Below the pieces are notes generated by a model. The model was not told where the DNA came from and searched no databases. It was given only the letters and a program-made list of their open reading frames with translations. A stretch of DNA of 64,000 bases from Ramazzottius varieornatus (Eukaryota > Animalia > Tardigrada). A program made the translations under genes and the position numbers. The stretch spans positions 496,001 to 560,000 of the forward strand of contig BDGG01000018.1 of NCBI GenBank assembly GCA_001949185.1, in the 5' to 3' direction. Positions within the stretch are counted from its first letter, which is position 1; the number at the start of each line of letters is the position of its first letter. This document shows positions 29,772-43,790 of this stretch, piece after piece.

Positions 29772-32700
29772 ATGAATTTGTGTGTGCTGACGCTCATAAC
29801 TGGCGTCTTTCTGGCTTTGTGCCTTGCAAGCAGTGGAGGTCAAGATGCACACTACCTGGCCGAGAGCGCCGCTGAAGATTTAACCATCGATCCAGATCCG
29901 CCCAGCATTATTGGCATTCGCGTTGAGTCGTACGATGCCATTCAAGGTTTCAAGGATGGCACGGTGGGCATTTACGCTGGCGTGGAGGCGCCAATCCGTT
30001 TCTTCGGCTACAACCTGAATAATCTGACTAGAATTAAATTCACCACAAAGCAGTCGGCCAGAGGCAGTGAATGTGATGAGCTGGAACAGACGGAAGTCTT
30101 TACTTTTTTCGAATTCGGAGCTATCTATGAGAAGAACATCAGTGAGACGGGAGTAGCCATGGTCAAGCTGCGCGAGGCTGACAATGAAGGCGGTTGGTAT
30201 ATTTAAGCACAGTCTACATGTTGAAGATCATAATTCCCCTCAAAGACGGTACCACGTCTTATGCAGTCATTTGATGGATGCTTACTGATATTACCTTTGC
30301 CTTCTGCAGAAGTCTGGCATCTCTGCATCAGAAACGACCGTAAGTTTCTGTCAGAGTGGCCTGTACATGTTCCAGTGCTGACTGCTTGTGTGCTTCAGGC
30401 GGTAGAAAGTACACGTATAAGTACATTCATCAAGGATCGACGCACCAGCTGCTGATCGATGCCATGTACCATGCGCCGCAGTGGCAGCTGGTCTGCGCTG
30501 TCTTCATTCTGCAAGGCCTCTCCGGCCTTTTTTCCGGCCTAAACTTGGGTCTGCTGTCGCTGGACCCCAGAGAATTGCAGATCCTGACCAGTGTAGGTTC
30601 GGCCAAAGAACGCGAGTACGCCACCAATATCATCCCATTACGGACGCGCGGCAACTTTCTGATGTGTGCTCTCATCATCTGCAATGCTGCTGTCAATGCA
30701 GGCCTGACCAAGATCTTGGACGATCTATTAAACTCTCAGTGGTACGCTGTGGCCGTCTCTACAGCAGGCGTCACCATGTTCGGAGAGATTATACCCCAAA
30801 CCATCTGCGCGCGACATGGCCTGGCCATCGGCTCCGGAACTCGTTACCTTACCTATGTAAGAGCCCTGTCTGAACTGCAGGACGAAGCCTGTGTCTTTTG
30901 CCGTTGTATCCTTATTCTGTTTTTCTTTGGTTGACAGCTGGTTATGGGTGCAACGGCATTTATATCCTACCCACTAAGCCGAGCACTGGACCGCTTGCTG
31001 GGTGGACGAGACGTCAAGACGCTATACGACCGTGAGCGCCTGATGGAGCTGATAAAGGTCACCAAGGAGGAAAACTTGCTGGACAACAACGAGCTCAATA
31101 TCATCACCGGGACATTGGCCTTGAAGCGCAGAACTGTGCTTGACATCATGACCAACTTGGCAGATGCCTTCATGCTTCCCTACGACGCAGTACTGGACTT
31201 TGAAACACTGGCCGAAATAAGTCGCCAAGGTAAAGTGTCCATATCAAATATCTTGCCTTAGTCCTGAGTCAGTTCATCGGGGTTTTTTCCTACTACAGGT
31301 TTCACCAGGATACCAATTTTTGACAAAGTGCGAACACACGTAGTGGGTCTGTTGAATATCAAAGATTTGGCTTTGTTGGATCCGGATGACTGTACCGCGG
31401 TAAAGACCTTGTGCATGTACTACAACTACGAATTGTGTTTCGTCAAAGACAATACAAGTCTCGACCTAATGCTCGGTCAGTATGAAACTTCTACTGTATA
31501 TACCAAAGCACGCACAACTATGATGATGGTTGATTTGACTTGCGAGGTGGGATTTTGCAGAGGAGTTTAAAAAGGGCAGGTCGCACATGGCCTTCGTTCG
31601 CCGCTTCAGCAGGGAGTCGGAAGGCGGTCGGGATGCGGCCTACGAAGTCATCGGTGTGGTCACGCTGGAAGACATCATCGAAGAGATGATCCAAGCGGAG
31701 ATTTCCGACGAGTCCGACCTGTCCGAACAGGACCATCACAAGCCATGGATGAAAGCCTTGTCCATCTTCACCTCCCGCCCGCTGTACGCTACCCTCATTA
31801 CGCCGCAACTCCAGCACGCCGCCTTCCAGTTTTTGAGTACTTCACTCGAACCGTTCCGCGACGAACTGATGAGCCAGAACATTTTGAGACGACTTATTCA
31901 CCATCATGACGTAGCCAGAATGATCAGGAAAAAGGCCAGTGATCAGGAGCCGCTGTACTTGTACAAGGCTGGTCAACCGGTCGACTACTTTGTACTGATC
32001 TTGGAAGGACGAGTCCACGTTACATTGGGCTCGGAAGGTGCGTCTTTTTCAACCAAACCCAGTATGCGACCTCCGTAGATGATTTCACCCACATCGTCAT
32101 TTCAAGTGGTCCACATCACCCTTGTTGCTGGCGGAGAGTGTGCGCCATTCTGGAGCACAGATTTGTCTATCTTTGCTGTTTTTCCACGTGGCGCACTTCT
32201 TCAGTGTTATGACTGGAAGCGTGCGTGACTTGTAAAAACGATCTTGTCGAGGCTGAGTCTTTTCCTGTGATGGCGCACCTTCACAGTATCATTGGCTGGA
32301 AGCGTGCTCCACTGGCAGAAATAATCTTGTTGAACCCGTTAGCCAGCGTTTGATATACAATAATCACGGTTCTAACTGTACGCTGGCATAGGCTTGGTTT
32401 TCGACAGTGGACCCTTTACACACTTCGGTGTCAGCGCTCTGACTTTGTCCCCCGAAGAACGCATCACCTACACGACCCTCCCCGTTCCCAGTCCGCCCTC
32501 CGACCGCCGTACTTCCTCTGCTACGTCCAAGACCGGCTCGACCTGGTACACTTATATCCCCAGCGGCTACTTCGTCCCTGACTTCACCGTGGCCGTCAGC
32601 TCGGACGTCCTCGTCATCCAGATCCGCCGCGAGCACTACCTGGCCGGTCTCCGCGCCACTGCCCTGGAACGAAGCAAAACAGCTGCCGCTGCAGCCGACA

Positions 32701-33071
32701 GTAGGCCGACACTGACGACCACTGTCGACATTTTCCAGAGAGAGATGGAACAAGCAGCTAAGTACAACGTCAGTAAGAAAAGTCAGGCGCAAGGCAGGAC
32801 GTCCGGTAGGATCTTTCATCGGCACGCTCAGCACGGTGTTCACAAGAAGGACGCACCGGCTGTTCATCAAGAAATTCCTACTTCACATCCGAATATCACC
32901 TATAGAAGAATGCACCCGGTCACGGTGGAAGCTAGGTTAGCGGCGAGGAAGATGGAGTCGATAAGTAATGAAGCGGGCAAGTCACCGACTGTGACGGAAA
33001 AGTTGGCGATACCGCCCAACAAGGAAGTCGTCTCGCCCAAGGTTTCCGACCAGAGTAAAAGCTCGAAGTAG
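29772..33071 (+). CDS. CNNM: CNNM/unextended-family metal (Mg2+) transporter, multi-exon
   Basis: Signal peptide; DUF21 ([32 protein letters not shown]); CBS pair ([31 protein letters not shown]); CNBH ([28 protein letters not shown]). Confidence 0.93.
32100..32335. repeat. Family A, 3 units (CNNM last intron; also carried in the duplicate at ~48560-48850)
   Basis: Three GTGG(T/C)(C/G)CAC..GTGC(G/T) units with a CGATCTTGTCGAG linker. Confidence 0.85.
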
Positions 33072-33403
33072 AGCCGCCATTTTCCGATTTGGTTTGTTTA
33101 TTTTATTCTTTCCCGAATCTACCAAAGTGCGATTGTACCTTTATTGTTTCCATGACGTTTTGGCCTTCTCTTCATACTCTCTTCTGACCACTTATTGAGA
33201 GTTGGTATCCGTCATGGGTAAACCGTCTTTGCTCGATTCAAAACATCAACCGTCAACGTGACAAATTCTGCTCTGTTGAACTTTAAAGTATTTTGAAACA
33301 CAATTAAACATTGAAGTATACGCGTTCGCGTATCACGGATCTAGTTTGGGGGAGAGGTCGCTGGTTAGTCAGGAATGGCGGGAGAGTGAAGGCAGGGCAC
33401 AGG

Positions 33404-33755
33404 CTAAACAGTGCAACTTCCGGCACATTTCCAGCACTTGTCGCAGTCCCGGTTGCTGCTGCATTTGACATAGCCAAAGTCTTGACTTCTCCCCTTGGTT
33501 GTGTAGCACCATTCAATGTGGCCAACGAAGAAGCCGTCGCAGCCGGCCCAGCAACGACCATACCAACATCCGCCTTTCTCAGAGCAACCGAGGTTTTTGC
33601 CTTGAGCGTCTAGGAAGGTGCTACGATAAACACCGCCCTGTGATGTCGCACAACCTCATCAGCAGCGTCAAAGAAGAACCATCTACTTACCTGACGGACG
33701 ATGTCATGAGCAAGATGGAGACTGATATTAACGAGCAACACATAAGCTTTTGCAT
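33404..33755 (-). CDS. Secreted cysteine-rich peptide (Tha p 2-like) copy 3
   Basis: Exon 1 MQKLMCCSLISVSILLMTSSV (33755-33691), a ~69-nt intron, then TFLDAQGKNLGCSEKGGCWYGRCWAGCDGFFVGHIEWCYTTKGRSQDFGYVKCSSNRDCDKCWKCAGSCTV*. Confidence 0.8.
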
Positions 33756-35453
33756 TGTGTAGAGCGGAAAGATGTATGACTGTTTAGTACAAAGCGGTCG
33801 AGTATTCCAGCCAAAGAAGGAAGACTGTAATAGCGCAGGGAGATTGTATAGTACCAAAAATGCGTCCGCTATTTGCCGTGAGCTGTGGCCAATATCGTTG
33901 AGTGACCACAATGACTACCATGGAAACTCCATTATTCGCCTATCGGGAAATTTAACCTTGAGCGTGTCCGAAACCGCGAGCTCAGGTATCGCAGACGCCC
34001 TTTTATCTGCCTCACTCACGAGCACAAGTCAACAAGATTTCTACTGCCATAGAGACCTTGCAATTTGCGTAGATGGTTCGGACAAACGAGAGTTCAGCCG
34101 AAACGATTGCATTTAGAATTGTCCAAAAGTTCCAGATGAATAATCGATTCACGAAACGACGGGGGAATCACGAAGGACACTCTCCGGAGGAGCTGACTCT
34201 CTGCAGCTACCAGGCTCGACATCGGTGACTGAGTCAGCTGCATGATTGATACGTGAGCCGATTTCCAAGGTAAAGTCTGCTTTTCATGTCCTCTAATCAT
34301 CTTAGAAATGGGTCAAACAACCTCGGGATGTCTGCCCTATCGCTTATGCGAGCTGTTTGCTGTGTTACAGGTACGGAGAGGAGCTGGGAACGTCTGCTTG
34401 CTTGCGACATCGCTCGGTAGCCGCCAATCAATCAAGTAAGTGATGCCTGTGGTTGTTGAATTCCTATTTAGTCAGCATTCGGAAGTTCGATACTTTGATA
34501 CTGCTGGTCTTTCGGGCAATCTGTTGTTCTTTCAGAATCGACCTGGGCATTCCTTCTCCGGTCTTATCAACCGTGTTTACCTGGATGTCGCAGAAGAGCA
34601 TGCTGGTGGAAGCAGGCTACATATTACCCTTGAATTTTGTTTTCCCTCGTGCATTGTTATCTTCTCAGGCTTCGAGCGATATCGCTTCATTTTCCGTTTT
34701 CAGACTCTTGTCAGTTTTCCAAATCCACGCCGGACTTCCTGCGTCCTGTCTTTCTGTTTTCTCTTTGTTCTTTGGTGAAGTGAATAACAGTGGAACCGAA
34801 AACAACAAAAATCATCTTTATGGGTTTTATTAGAGTTTGTGTCCCAGTAGAAACCATGAAAAATTCATAACTGTTTCATGTCTTATAAACTTATATTTCC
34901 CAGCGATAAACTAGTAATGTCATTTTCATGTCAAATTTTGGGTTTCCTGTGGGTTTGTATCTGGACCATAGCTGAAACCTCAGGGATTCCAGGAGGTTTC
35001 AGCGACGGATCTGAGGGCCGTGGCAACAGGGTAAAGCGAATCTCGGCCAAAACAAGATTTTGTTCACGGCCAGTCGTCGTTTTAGCCGCGGCCAAAACAA
35101 ATTGTTGGTGGCCAACATAGCCGTTGGCCACTGAGTAATGTTTGGCCGAACCCACTCTAACCCGGCCTTTCTCTCGTGACTCTCGTTGATAGCGTATCTC
35201 GCTTCCTACCATATCGTACTTTCAAGCCGGAAACTCACCTCGGACAGTTATATGGGTGTCGGCGGCCCATTCTGCGCACGAATGATTGTAAGTCAAACTG
35301 TTCAGGAAACGAGCTCGAAGTTCTGGGACCCCAAGGGCAGAATTAAACTGCTGATTCAATCTGGTGTATCAAACATCGAGGAACACGATACTGAGGTTCA
35401 TTTGGCTGTCTGACCTGTGGTCAGATGGCTACGTCAGAAAATCTGATTACCTT

Positions 35454-35570
35454 TCAAGTGGCGCACATTTCCCTTGTTACTGGCCCAAAGCGTACGACAT
35501 TTGTAAAACCCAATCTCGGGGGCACACCACTGCTGCACTATTGGCCGAGTGAGTGCGCCACTTTGAGAAT
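35454..35570. repeat. Family A units outside a recognised gene
   Basis: CAAGTGGCGCAC at ~35455 and GTGCGCCACTTTG at ~35553. Confidence 0.7.
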
Positions 35571-35999
35571 CGATCGGAATTTCGTAATCTTTAACTCCGC
35601 TCCCGACGTCGTTCGAACACACCGCTTCACCGGTTTGCTAAGGTGAAATTTGCGCACTGATGACAAATTTCCCGTTGCGTCCAAATTCAGGCAGGTCGTA
35701 TGTAACGGCTGCGTAATTTTCGATCATATAGTGCTGAATTTGCTGCGAAAATCACCCGTCTGCGTCTAGCGCTGGTTTCCTGTAGCATCAAAAACCTGTT
35801 TAGCTCAGCCCAGATTTCCTCAGCTCATGCGAAATAACTAGCTCAACTTTTAGCTCAGCTCGAAGTCGTTGGGTAATACCGGAGCAACATGGAGACTGAT
35901 GTCTATAACTTATGTCACGTGATTAGGTGGCATTTAGGTTAGTAACGAACTGCCTTCGGTCAGCTTGTCCTCTTGTCAACTGTACGTCATCGCGGAAGC

Positions 36000-36412
36000 C
36001 TGACGGGATCGCGTTTCAATTCCTGTTTTCGCCCCAGATTTGGATTTCCGTCAGAAAATGCCGGAAACATGGAAAAGGAATATGGGAAGTCAAAACTAGT
36101 CAGAAAACTGAGATCATGGACCCATAACTGTGAACCATTAATCAGATTCTCAGTTCAGTCAAGTCAACAAGGCGACGTGTCATAGCAAAATATGCTCGGC
36201 AGATCCTATCACATACAAATGCAGTCAGTCACTTTCAACCAGCATATTTTATGGACTGAAGATTCGACCTTGAATGCTTTAAGGTTATTGGTTCATAATC
36301 CCAGTTTCCTGCCTGATTTTGACTTCCCGTGTTCGTTTTCCATATTTAAGGAATTCTCCGACAAAAACCTTAACCTGGGCGAAAAGAGGGACTACTCTGA
36401 GGATTCCCCACC
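36000..36412. repeat. Degenerate foldback element
   Basis: ~130-bp imperfect inverted arms (TTTTCGCCCCAG..ATGGAAAA..GGGAAGTCAAAA versus TTTTGACTTCCC..TTTTCCAT..CTGGGCGAAAA); no clear TSD. Confidence 0.6.
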
Positions 36413-36500
36413 ATAACTTCCACTTGTGACGTCACAAGTTCAGTGTCAGTGGCAGAAATCTGTACATGCCGCCGCCACAGCACTTATCGATACAACTAGC

Positions 36501-36739
36501 CAGTGTTATTTTAATCATCAAAATAAGAAATCGATTTTAATAATTAAAATCGTTCTAATTGTGCCGGTTGGTGTTCGCTTGATTGATTGATCCATAATAG
36601 GAAATCGAATTTTAATTTTAATTTTAATAATTGAAAATCGTCGGCGATAATTGATTTTACTTGCAGTCAGCTGATCACATAGACTTAACATTAGCACGTG
36701 ACTTTTAATAATTTTAATTGCATAGTAAAAATAACACTG
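36501..36739. mobile_element. AT-rich hAT-type MITE
   Basis: TIR CAGTGTTATTTT; exact 8-bp TSD CAACTAGC. Confidence 0.88.
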
Positions 36740-36912
36740 CAACTAGCTAGTTTCCCACCTTCTAGAGCCTTCTATGACTAGCTCTCCCTTGGTTCCTTCC
36801 TTCCTTGCTGCATCATAAAAGCGCACCTGCTTCACATTCATTCATTGGTACCAAACGGCATTAGTATATTTCCACCCTTATAGAATGATCCTCACTCCCA
36901 TTTCTAGGAAAG

Positions 36913-37225
36913 CAGAGGCTACTTTCACCCTATAGGTCACTGGCAGTGGATGAGACCGCCCAAACTTTTCTCTCTTTTGAGGGCTTCTGCTTGAGAACGG
37001 TAGAGGAATCCTCGACGACGACAAAAAATCGGAGGGCACCTCTGATTCTGCGGAGAACAATCCTGATTCCCAGTGCTGTTTGACTGAAAATTTTATCCCT
37101 TCAATTTTGCCCAATCCAGCAGAACTTCTGCCGTTCTCAAGCAAAAGCCCTTAAAAGATAGAAATGTTTCGGTGGTCTCACCTCTCAACTACTGCCAGTG
37201 ACCTTTAGGGTAAAATTAGCCTCTG
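36913..37225. mobile_element. hAT-type foldback MITE
   Basis: Inverted arms ~90 bp starting CAGAGGCTA..CCCTA.AGGTCACTGGCAGT; TSD TAGGAAAG/TAGAAAAG. Confidence 0.85.
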
Positions 37226-37334
37226 TAGAAAAGTAGCAATTCTGACTGCTTTACAACAGAAATCTTTGAGGATACTCCGGTTTGTGGTGAAAGCAAGTAT
37301 GAGAACGTATCCTTGCCAGCAAGTAGTGTCGAAA

Positions 37335-40094
37335 ATGACGGTCGAGCAACCGGCAGGGCAACTGGATCAAATTCTACAGCTTCTTGGTGATCCTGGACGA
37401 TTTCAGATTATCCAGTATATACTAATATCAATAACGTATGTTCCCGTGGCCATCAATAATTTTGTGGTCAATTTCTACGGACTTCCTCCTACATCAGTTC
37501 GGTGCTACGGCGACCCGTGGAACAGTTTTCTGGACTTGGATAACCGGAATACAACGACGGGAAATGCCTCAAATGCGGTGGTTATGTCATCCGACTCTGT
37601 TTGTCACTGTCCACAGGGTTTCGAATACACATATCCGGGTCGGCAGTGGTCCATCATTGGCGACGTAAGAAATGACCGCAAGACGTAGACATACGATGAG
37701 AAGTTATCGGACAGGCGGAAAGGACGGCAAAAAGATGCATGGGTTTGAATCAGTACTGTACATGCTTCTAGGACAAGTGATTTGCACACCGTTCGCCGGA
37801 TGGGCAGCGGACAAGTATGGTCGGCGACCCACCTCGCTGATCAACTACGGAGTATACGCCGTACTGGAAACCGCCTTGGTATTCTCCCGAGACTACATTT
37901 CATTCGTCCTGCTACGCTTCTTTGTGGGCGTGGCGCGACAGGTACCATCTTCATTGCACATGGCAATGTCAGTCCCCAATCAGGTGCGACGATATCTTAT
38001 TCTTCCATTTCAGATGATGAACAGTGCGTTCTACGTCCTCATGATGGAATGGATACCGCCCAGCCGAAGAGGAACTTGGGGCGCTATGACAGAGCTGAAG
38101 TATGCTACGGGTGTTCTGCTGATAACCTTGATGGGCTTCGTGCTACAAAACTGGATACACATACAGGCCTTCATTGCCGGCCTGAGCCTCTGTGCCATTC
38201 CTCTTTTTTGGTACGCTGGCTAGAGCCCTTCGGGGTACACGCGCGAAGGGAAAATTGGAACAGTAAAAAGTCTGGGACAGGCGATTCCGGAACAGCTGAA
38301 CTGTATAGCCACTTTTAATAATTCAAAACGCGCCGTGCCCGCCGCGAGTGCATGTACATGGTACGTATCAAACCAGTGTTGTACGACGGCGTACGTTTCT
38401 GTGCCAGCAAGCATGGCGCACAGACAACGTTGCCAACAATTTAGGTAAGTGGCACTGAGAGAAAAATCCCGAAAGAGCTTGCCAGACTGCTGTCTGAGTC
38501 AGCGGACTGCGGCAGTAGTCCGCTGACTCGGGCACCAGTCCAAACATTGCGAGCATGTATCAGTCAGAGCGATCAAACGACTGCGTATGAGCGCTTCTAC
38601 TTCACCCTACGCAGGCATCAGGCGTGCTGATACGTCACGTTTTGAACAGTCAGTAAAGGCTAAGCCTAAAAACAAGCGCCTATACTGAACAGATGTACGT
38701 TCGTGTACAAATCACACCAATGCACGTTTTGACAACTTCTATGGTTGAATTCCCAATTTGCCGTCTTTTCCGCCTGTGCCAAACTTTTCACTGTTCCAAA
38801 CTTTGCCTTCGTGCGTATACGCCGTATGGACTCTTGACCATTGCAGGCTTGCGCCCGAATCTTTATCCTGGCTGTGCCTGAAGTGCCGCTCGGACCAAGC
38901 CGTCAGCACCTGCCAGTTTGTCGCCTAAGTCAACGGCATCTACTCAGCGGACAAAACCTTGTCGCAAATCGAGACCTTTTTCCAGAAGCACTCGGCCCAT
39001 AACGCCCCAAAAGATGAGCGCATATACACCTTTGCTGACTGTCAGTACATGCTTCTAACACTGTCCAAATTCAGGCCGGCAAAGTTCCTCGATGGAAATC
39101 TGTAGCGGATTTCTCCCTAGGTTTTCGAAGTCCCAATGTCCGCAAGACAACTCTTCTCTGCCTCACCTGCTGGTAATAAACCAGCATTAAAGGTCGTCTA
39201 CCGGCCATCGTTCGGCTGGCATTGCACTCATCCCCATGCGTAGGCTTGCCTGCTGTTTCGGGTACCTGGGTATGTTCTACCTCAGCAGCGAGATCGCCAC
39301 AGACGTCTACCACAACCTGGCCATCAACGGTCTCCTGGAAGTGATCCCCATTGCTCTAGCTACTATCATCGCTTCCAGGTATTGATACAACACTCCCTAC
39401 ACACTCCATCCATCTTCGATTCGGTAATTGTATCCCCTGAAATTTCTCTGACAGGCTAGGCAACCGTTTGCCTCTTGCCATGTACTTCCTGACGGGTGGG
39501 ATCTTGGCCATTATCGTTGGCGTCATTCCCGGTTCAAGTGGCGCGGAAGTCATTGTACAAAACATCGTGGCCTTCATCAGCAGACTGGCCTTCGTAGGAA
39601 CCTGTTGCGTCATCTTCGTCTACACCACCGAACTGTTCCCTACAGTCATTCGCAACAACGCCTTCAGCCTCTGCAGCACCACCCAACGCATCGGCTGCAT
39701 GATCACCCCCTTGCTGCCGCTAATTGGAAGCGCATTTATCTTCGTGGGTATAACAGCCATGGTGGAGGCCCTAGCTGCCTGGCTGTTACGGGAAACCCAA
39801 GACCAGTCTTTACCCAGTACCATCGAGAAGGTGGAGAAGCTGCCGCATGGAGACGTGATTGGCTTTCTACGACGACTTCACACTGTCAAATGCAAATTTA
39901 GGCATCGACCACATGTGCGACCGAACGCAGTAACCATGTGCCTTCTTTCTGCGTTTAATCGGATGATCGTTTTAACTAGAACGAACGCGACGAACATCGG
40001 GATCGCTGAAGAAGAAGTACGTCGAACTCGCGCGAGCCTTCTGGTTCATATACGGAGTGATTTTTGCAATGGTTATGATATCTTTAGTGTTTAA
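37335..40094 (+). pseudogene. SLC22 organic cation transporter-like, probably inactivated
   Basis: Motifs GDPGRFQ, ADKYGRR, LMMEW, APES, YTTELFPTVIRN and LRET. In-frame TAA at 38926-38928. The conserved W/F-x-L-V-C segment after exon 1 is missing. Confidence 0.75.
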
Positions 40095-40884
40095 CCGTGC
40101 TTCAAACTTCTACAAATTAATCTGTTTTCCAATTGAGGTATACTTACTGGTCAACCTTATTGGTGCTTGCAGCTGTTTGTGGTTTTATTAGTTACTGCCT
40201 TACTGGACTGAGTTACTATCAGGTGCGGAAGTATCTTTTTGATCAAATTATGCACTTATACTAGCAAGGAACTCCCGAGATCTTTTTGGGAGACACTTCG
40301 TTCCATTGCTGCAAGAGCCTGGGAGAAGAGGGACATTGATCTCCGTAACGCTACTTTTCATATCCACTTCCGAGAAAATTTCTGTCTTGCTGCAGAAGGT
40401 CCAATGTCTTGAGCAGGTGATAATCTGTGAGCAGGAGGATCCTTCTATGAGAAGCCTGAATGGGAAATTTCAGTTCCTGTTCCAGCAGTTTTGCGGAAGT
40501 GTTTTGTTCAGAGTGCACTCTGGAGCAGCCTTGCAACAGTAGTGAGTCTAGTCCGTGAATTAATTTCGTTCGTTCAACGGAAAATTTTCCACAGATAATG
40601 CCTGTTCCAGAGAGGACTCGAATAACATTATCGTATTGCTGGATAAAAGAGATTTATGGCGGTCAGGCGTGGGAGGTGGCCATCAAAATTTAACCATGGT
40701 TCTCTTTCAGTCCCGCTCACGGTTCGAACTTTTCTGTCGTGGTTTGCCTCTGGCAAATCATACCATTTCTCACTTAGAAATCTTCTATAAAGTACCAGTG
40801 TTGTCACAGATAGCAATGCGGTCTGCTACTGGCTCGTTCTTGTTTGCAGTTCGGAGAGGGAAAAATGACAAAATTCAGCGTTAT

Positions 40885-41260
40885 TTTCGGGGTGCGCGAA
40901 GTAAGTGGGGCACCAAATTTTCTTGTATTTTTGCCCTCCTCGTTTTAGTCAAACTTACTATGAGACTTTAGGGAGGTGCACCTTAGTCCTGTCAGAATTA
41001 CACCGTAGTTTGGGAAGGATTAGGTGTGACATGATTGGTCAAAACGTTGTCGTCAACTTTCGATTTCAGTCTTCCGTAAGGGTAACTTTTGAATGAAAAT
41101 TCCCCAGAACGAAAGACGAAACTGATCAACCCGTTCCCTCACGGTAAAACCGTCAGGTGTTTCATCATCAAACGCGGCTCTGATTTTGTCGGTGGTGCGA
41201 GATGCGTTCGTGCCATGATAGAATTTAAACATTACGGCCAGCAATGCGTTTGTTTTCAGA
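40885..41260 (-). mobile_element. Mariner transposon remnant (N-terminal HTH)
   Basis: AVMFKFYHGTNASRTTDKIRAAFDDETPDGFTVRERVDQFR resembles the first HTH of mariner transposases; no catalytic domain is seen. Confidence 0.5.
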
Positions 41261-41559
41261 GGCGTTCGGGAGAAGGCAGCGGAAAAGGTTGTGGTTCTGG
41301 GAAGGGTGGCCGCAAGTCAGGGCTAAACGGGTCTAAAAGTCAGAGCCGCCACAGTGAACGTAACACATTCCAAAAAGTTTTCTTGACATGACGCGGCTGA
41401 CTGTCAGACTTTCATGTCTGATCTCCATCTGACATTACAGCCTGTCACTCGGCTGGTACTTTAGTCCGATCTCTCATTCGACCGAGCCGTCCAGTAGGTC
41501 TGGGCCGGACTACTGAACGACTCGGCTCAAGGGAGAACCGAACCGAGTCGGCATTCCCA

Positions 41560-43790
41560 ATCATCAATCCGGTTAGACCGGATCATCAAAAACCAGTGAA
41601 GGTCAATCAACAAATCAGTCAAACATCGCCTACGTACGTGCTCCCGTACCGCCGTAGCGAAAAGACCTGTCCCATAATATTTACTGTACCGAAATTTCTC
41701 GTCCTGCGTGTACTGGCCATTAAACATACGATATCGATGCCGTTCACGTACAAGCAACATGGTCGATGTTTTTGCTGTACGTGAGGCTTGCACATACCGG
41801 TGCTATGGGAAAATCGGTTCTGTTGACTACAGGATTTTCCCGAAAATAAAGTCCATTCATCCATAAGTATGATTGTTTCCCGGTTTATGGCACGCACAGA
41901 ACCAACGTTAGTGCTGTACAGCAGCAACACACTCTGATATGCATATTTCACAGCCTGTGAGGCAAAACCCACGTAACCCTGCGTGTCGCCACGTAAGTCC
42001 GCTTTCCAGAAATCAGCTTTTTTGTGAATTTCTGAATTGTTCGGGAAACCACTTTCTCGTTTAGACACTTGGGCGATGAACTGAGGGCACAAGTATCTTT
42101 CTGTAGAGCATTTGATGGGCTATCACACAAAAGAAATAGATTTTGTATCGGACAACTGGTTTGAAAGTTATGCGAGGAAGCAGAGTGGGTCTAGTATTCT
42201 TGTGCTTCGTCGACTTCCGGCATGACGTTAAATTACGCGCGAAGGATTCCCGGTGTAGGGTGTAGGTGAGAACTGATGTGTGCACCGGGTCAAATCTCAC
42301 ATGGACGAGACGTCATGCGTTAAGTTTAGGAGGCCGTACAAGGTGGGTAGAATCGTCAATTCTGAAATCCAGCAGTGGCGAAAATCTTGTCTTCAAATTT
42401 AGTCATGTCATTTCCTGACGTCTGCACCATTCGATAGCACAATTTTTTCTACAACTTGATGCTAGAATCGTCGAATTCGGATGTTGACCCAAAAACTGTT
42501 TTTTCAAAAACTAGACTCACGTGACATCTGAGTTACTCTGCTCACGGCTCTTCTTGGATTGACTGCGTAGACATATTTTCTATCCCGCCAGATAATATTC
42601 ACCGCGACAGTCACGTGACCCGCAGAACTATCGAGGGAATACAGTACCATATCATCTTTGTCGTGATTTTGCCAAATGAAGTTCCCCTAGAAGGGATGCG
42701 GAAATGGCTGACCGGCAATCATCACGTATTCACCGCTTGTCATCTTTAGTCGGCCTGCTTGAATATGGATAAAAACATTTACTAATACCCGTTGCGACTA
42801 CTGTACATGCTGAACCGCCAAGTGCTGAAGCAAGCACAACATAACTACTTCCTGGACGCACGAGAAACTTCCGAAATTTAGGAGGATGACCGAAGAACAG
42901 CAACACTACGGAAAGAGAAACTTCTCGTACTGGCAATTCTGTTTCGGATGCCGGCGGCAGGGTTCTTCGCTAGTTGGTCTGCTGCACTCACCACGACTTT
43001 CCATATACATCCATGTTAGGGCATCAGAGAAGTCAAAGTTTCCTCTCCTTGAATCGTATGTGATGCAGATAGCTCGAAACTGCCCTTTTCCCAGCAGTAT
43101 TATAGTTTCCGGCCCGTCAAATGCATAAAAAGCGGATTTGAGGTCTTCATCCACTACGGCGTACACCGATTTCCACTGATGCTTCCGTAGAAGCTTGTAG
43201 TACGAGGTAAACGACATAATTCCGGCATACAGATTTTCGCACCATAATTTGGGCAACACAAAACGTTCGAACATTATCATCAATGCTTGATTCATCTCTC
43301 ATCGTACGCCTGTTGATACAACATTAGGCGTTTTGACATTGGACAGACCCATCCGTCTCCCAGGCCACATTCCCGTGCTCCGCAACGCTTTGTCGTTCTC
43401 AGACCTATTGATATCTTGAAGAGAGGGACCGGTCTATCTCAGGAAACAAGAAGTAGTTCATTACGCGCAGAAAGAGCCGAGAAAAAATATGACCGAATTA
43501 CGAGTGAAAAACTACTGTGCCCGAATTATGTCGTTTACCGTACAGAACACCCGTATACGCGAAAGGAATGACGTTCGTTGTTACCCACGTTGGACTTATG
43601 GCTTTATCCCGAATTGTAATTTCGCAGTCTGCGCTGAAAAAGTATGGTACCAATGAAACAATGCTTACAACAAGGAACAGTCAAAGAGGCGCCGTTACGC
43701 GGTAATTGATAAGTGCTACAGGACCTGACAGGCTTCTTCGCACTTCCACACACAACGAGCATGACCGACCAGTCGCCACACGATGCCAAA
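41560..43790 (-). pseudogene. Degraded ANF-receptor/guanylyl-cyclase-type extracellular domain gene
   Basis: Fragments in different frames: LLRKHQWKSVYAVVDE, VVLLFFGHPPKFRKFL, KYAYQSVLLL and GQVFSLRRYGSTYVG. Their order fits this periplasmic-binding-protein-like domain. Boundaries are approximate. Confidence 0.35.
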
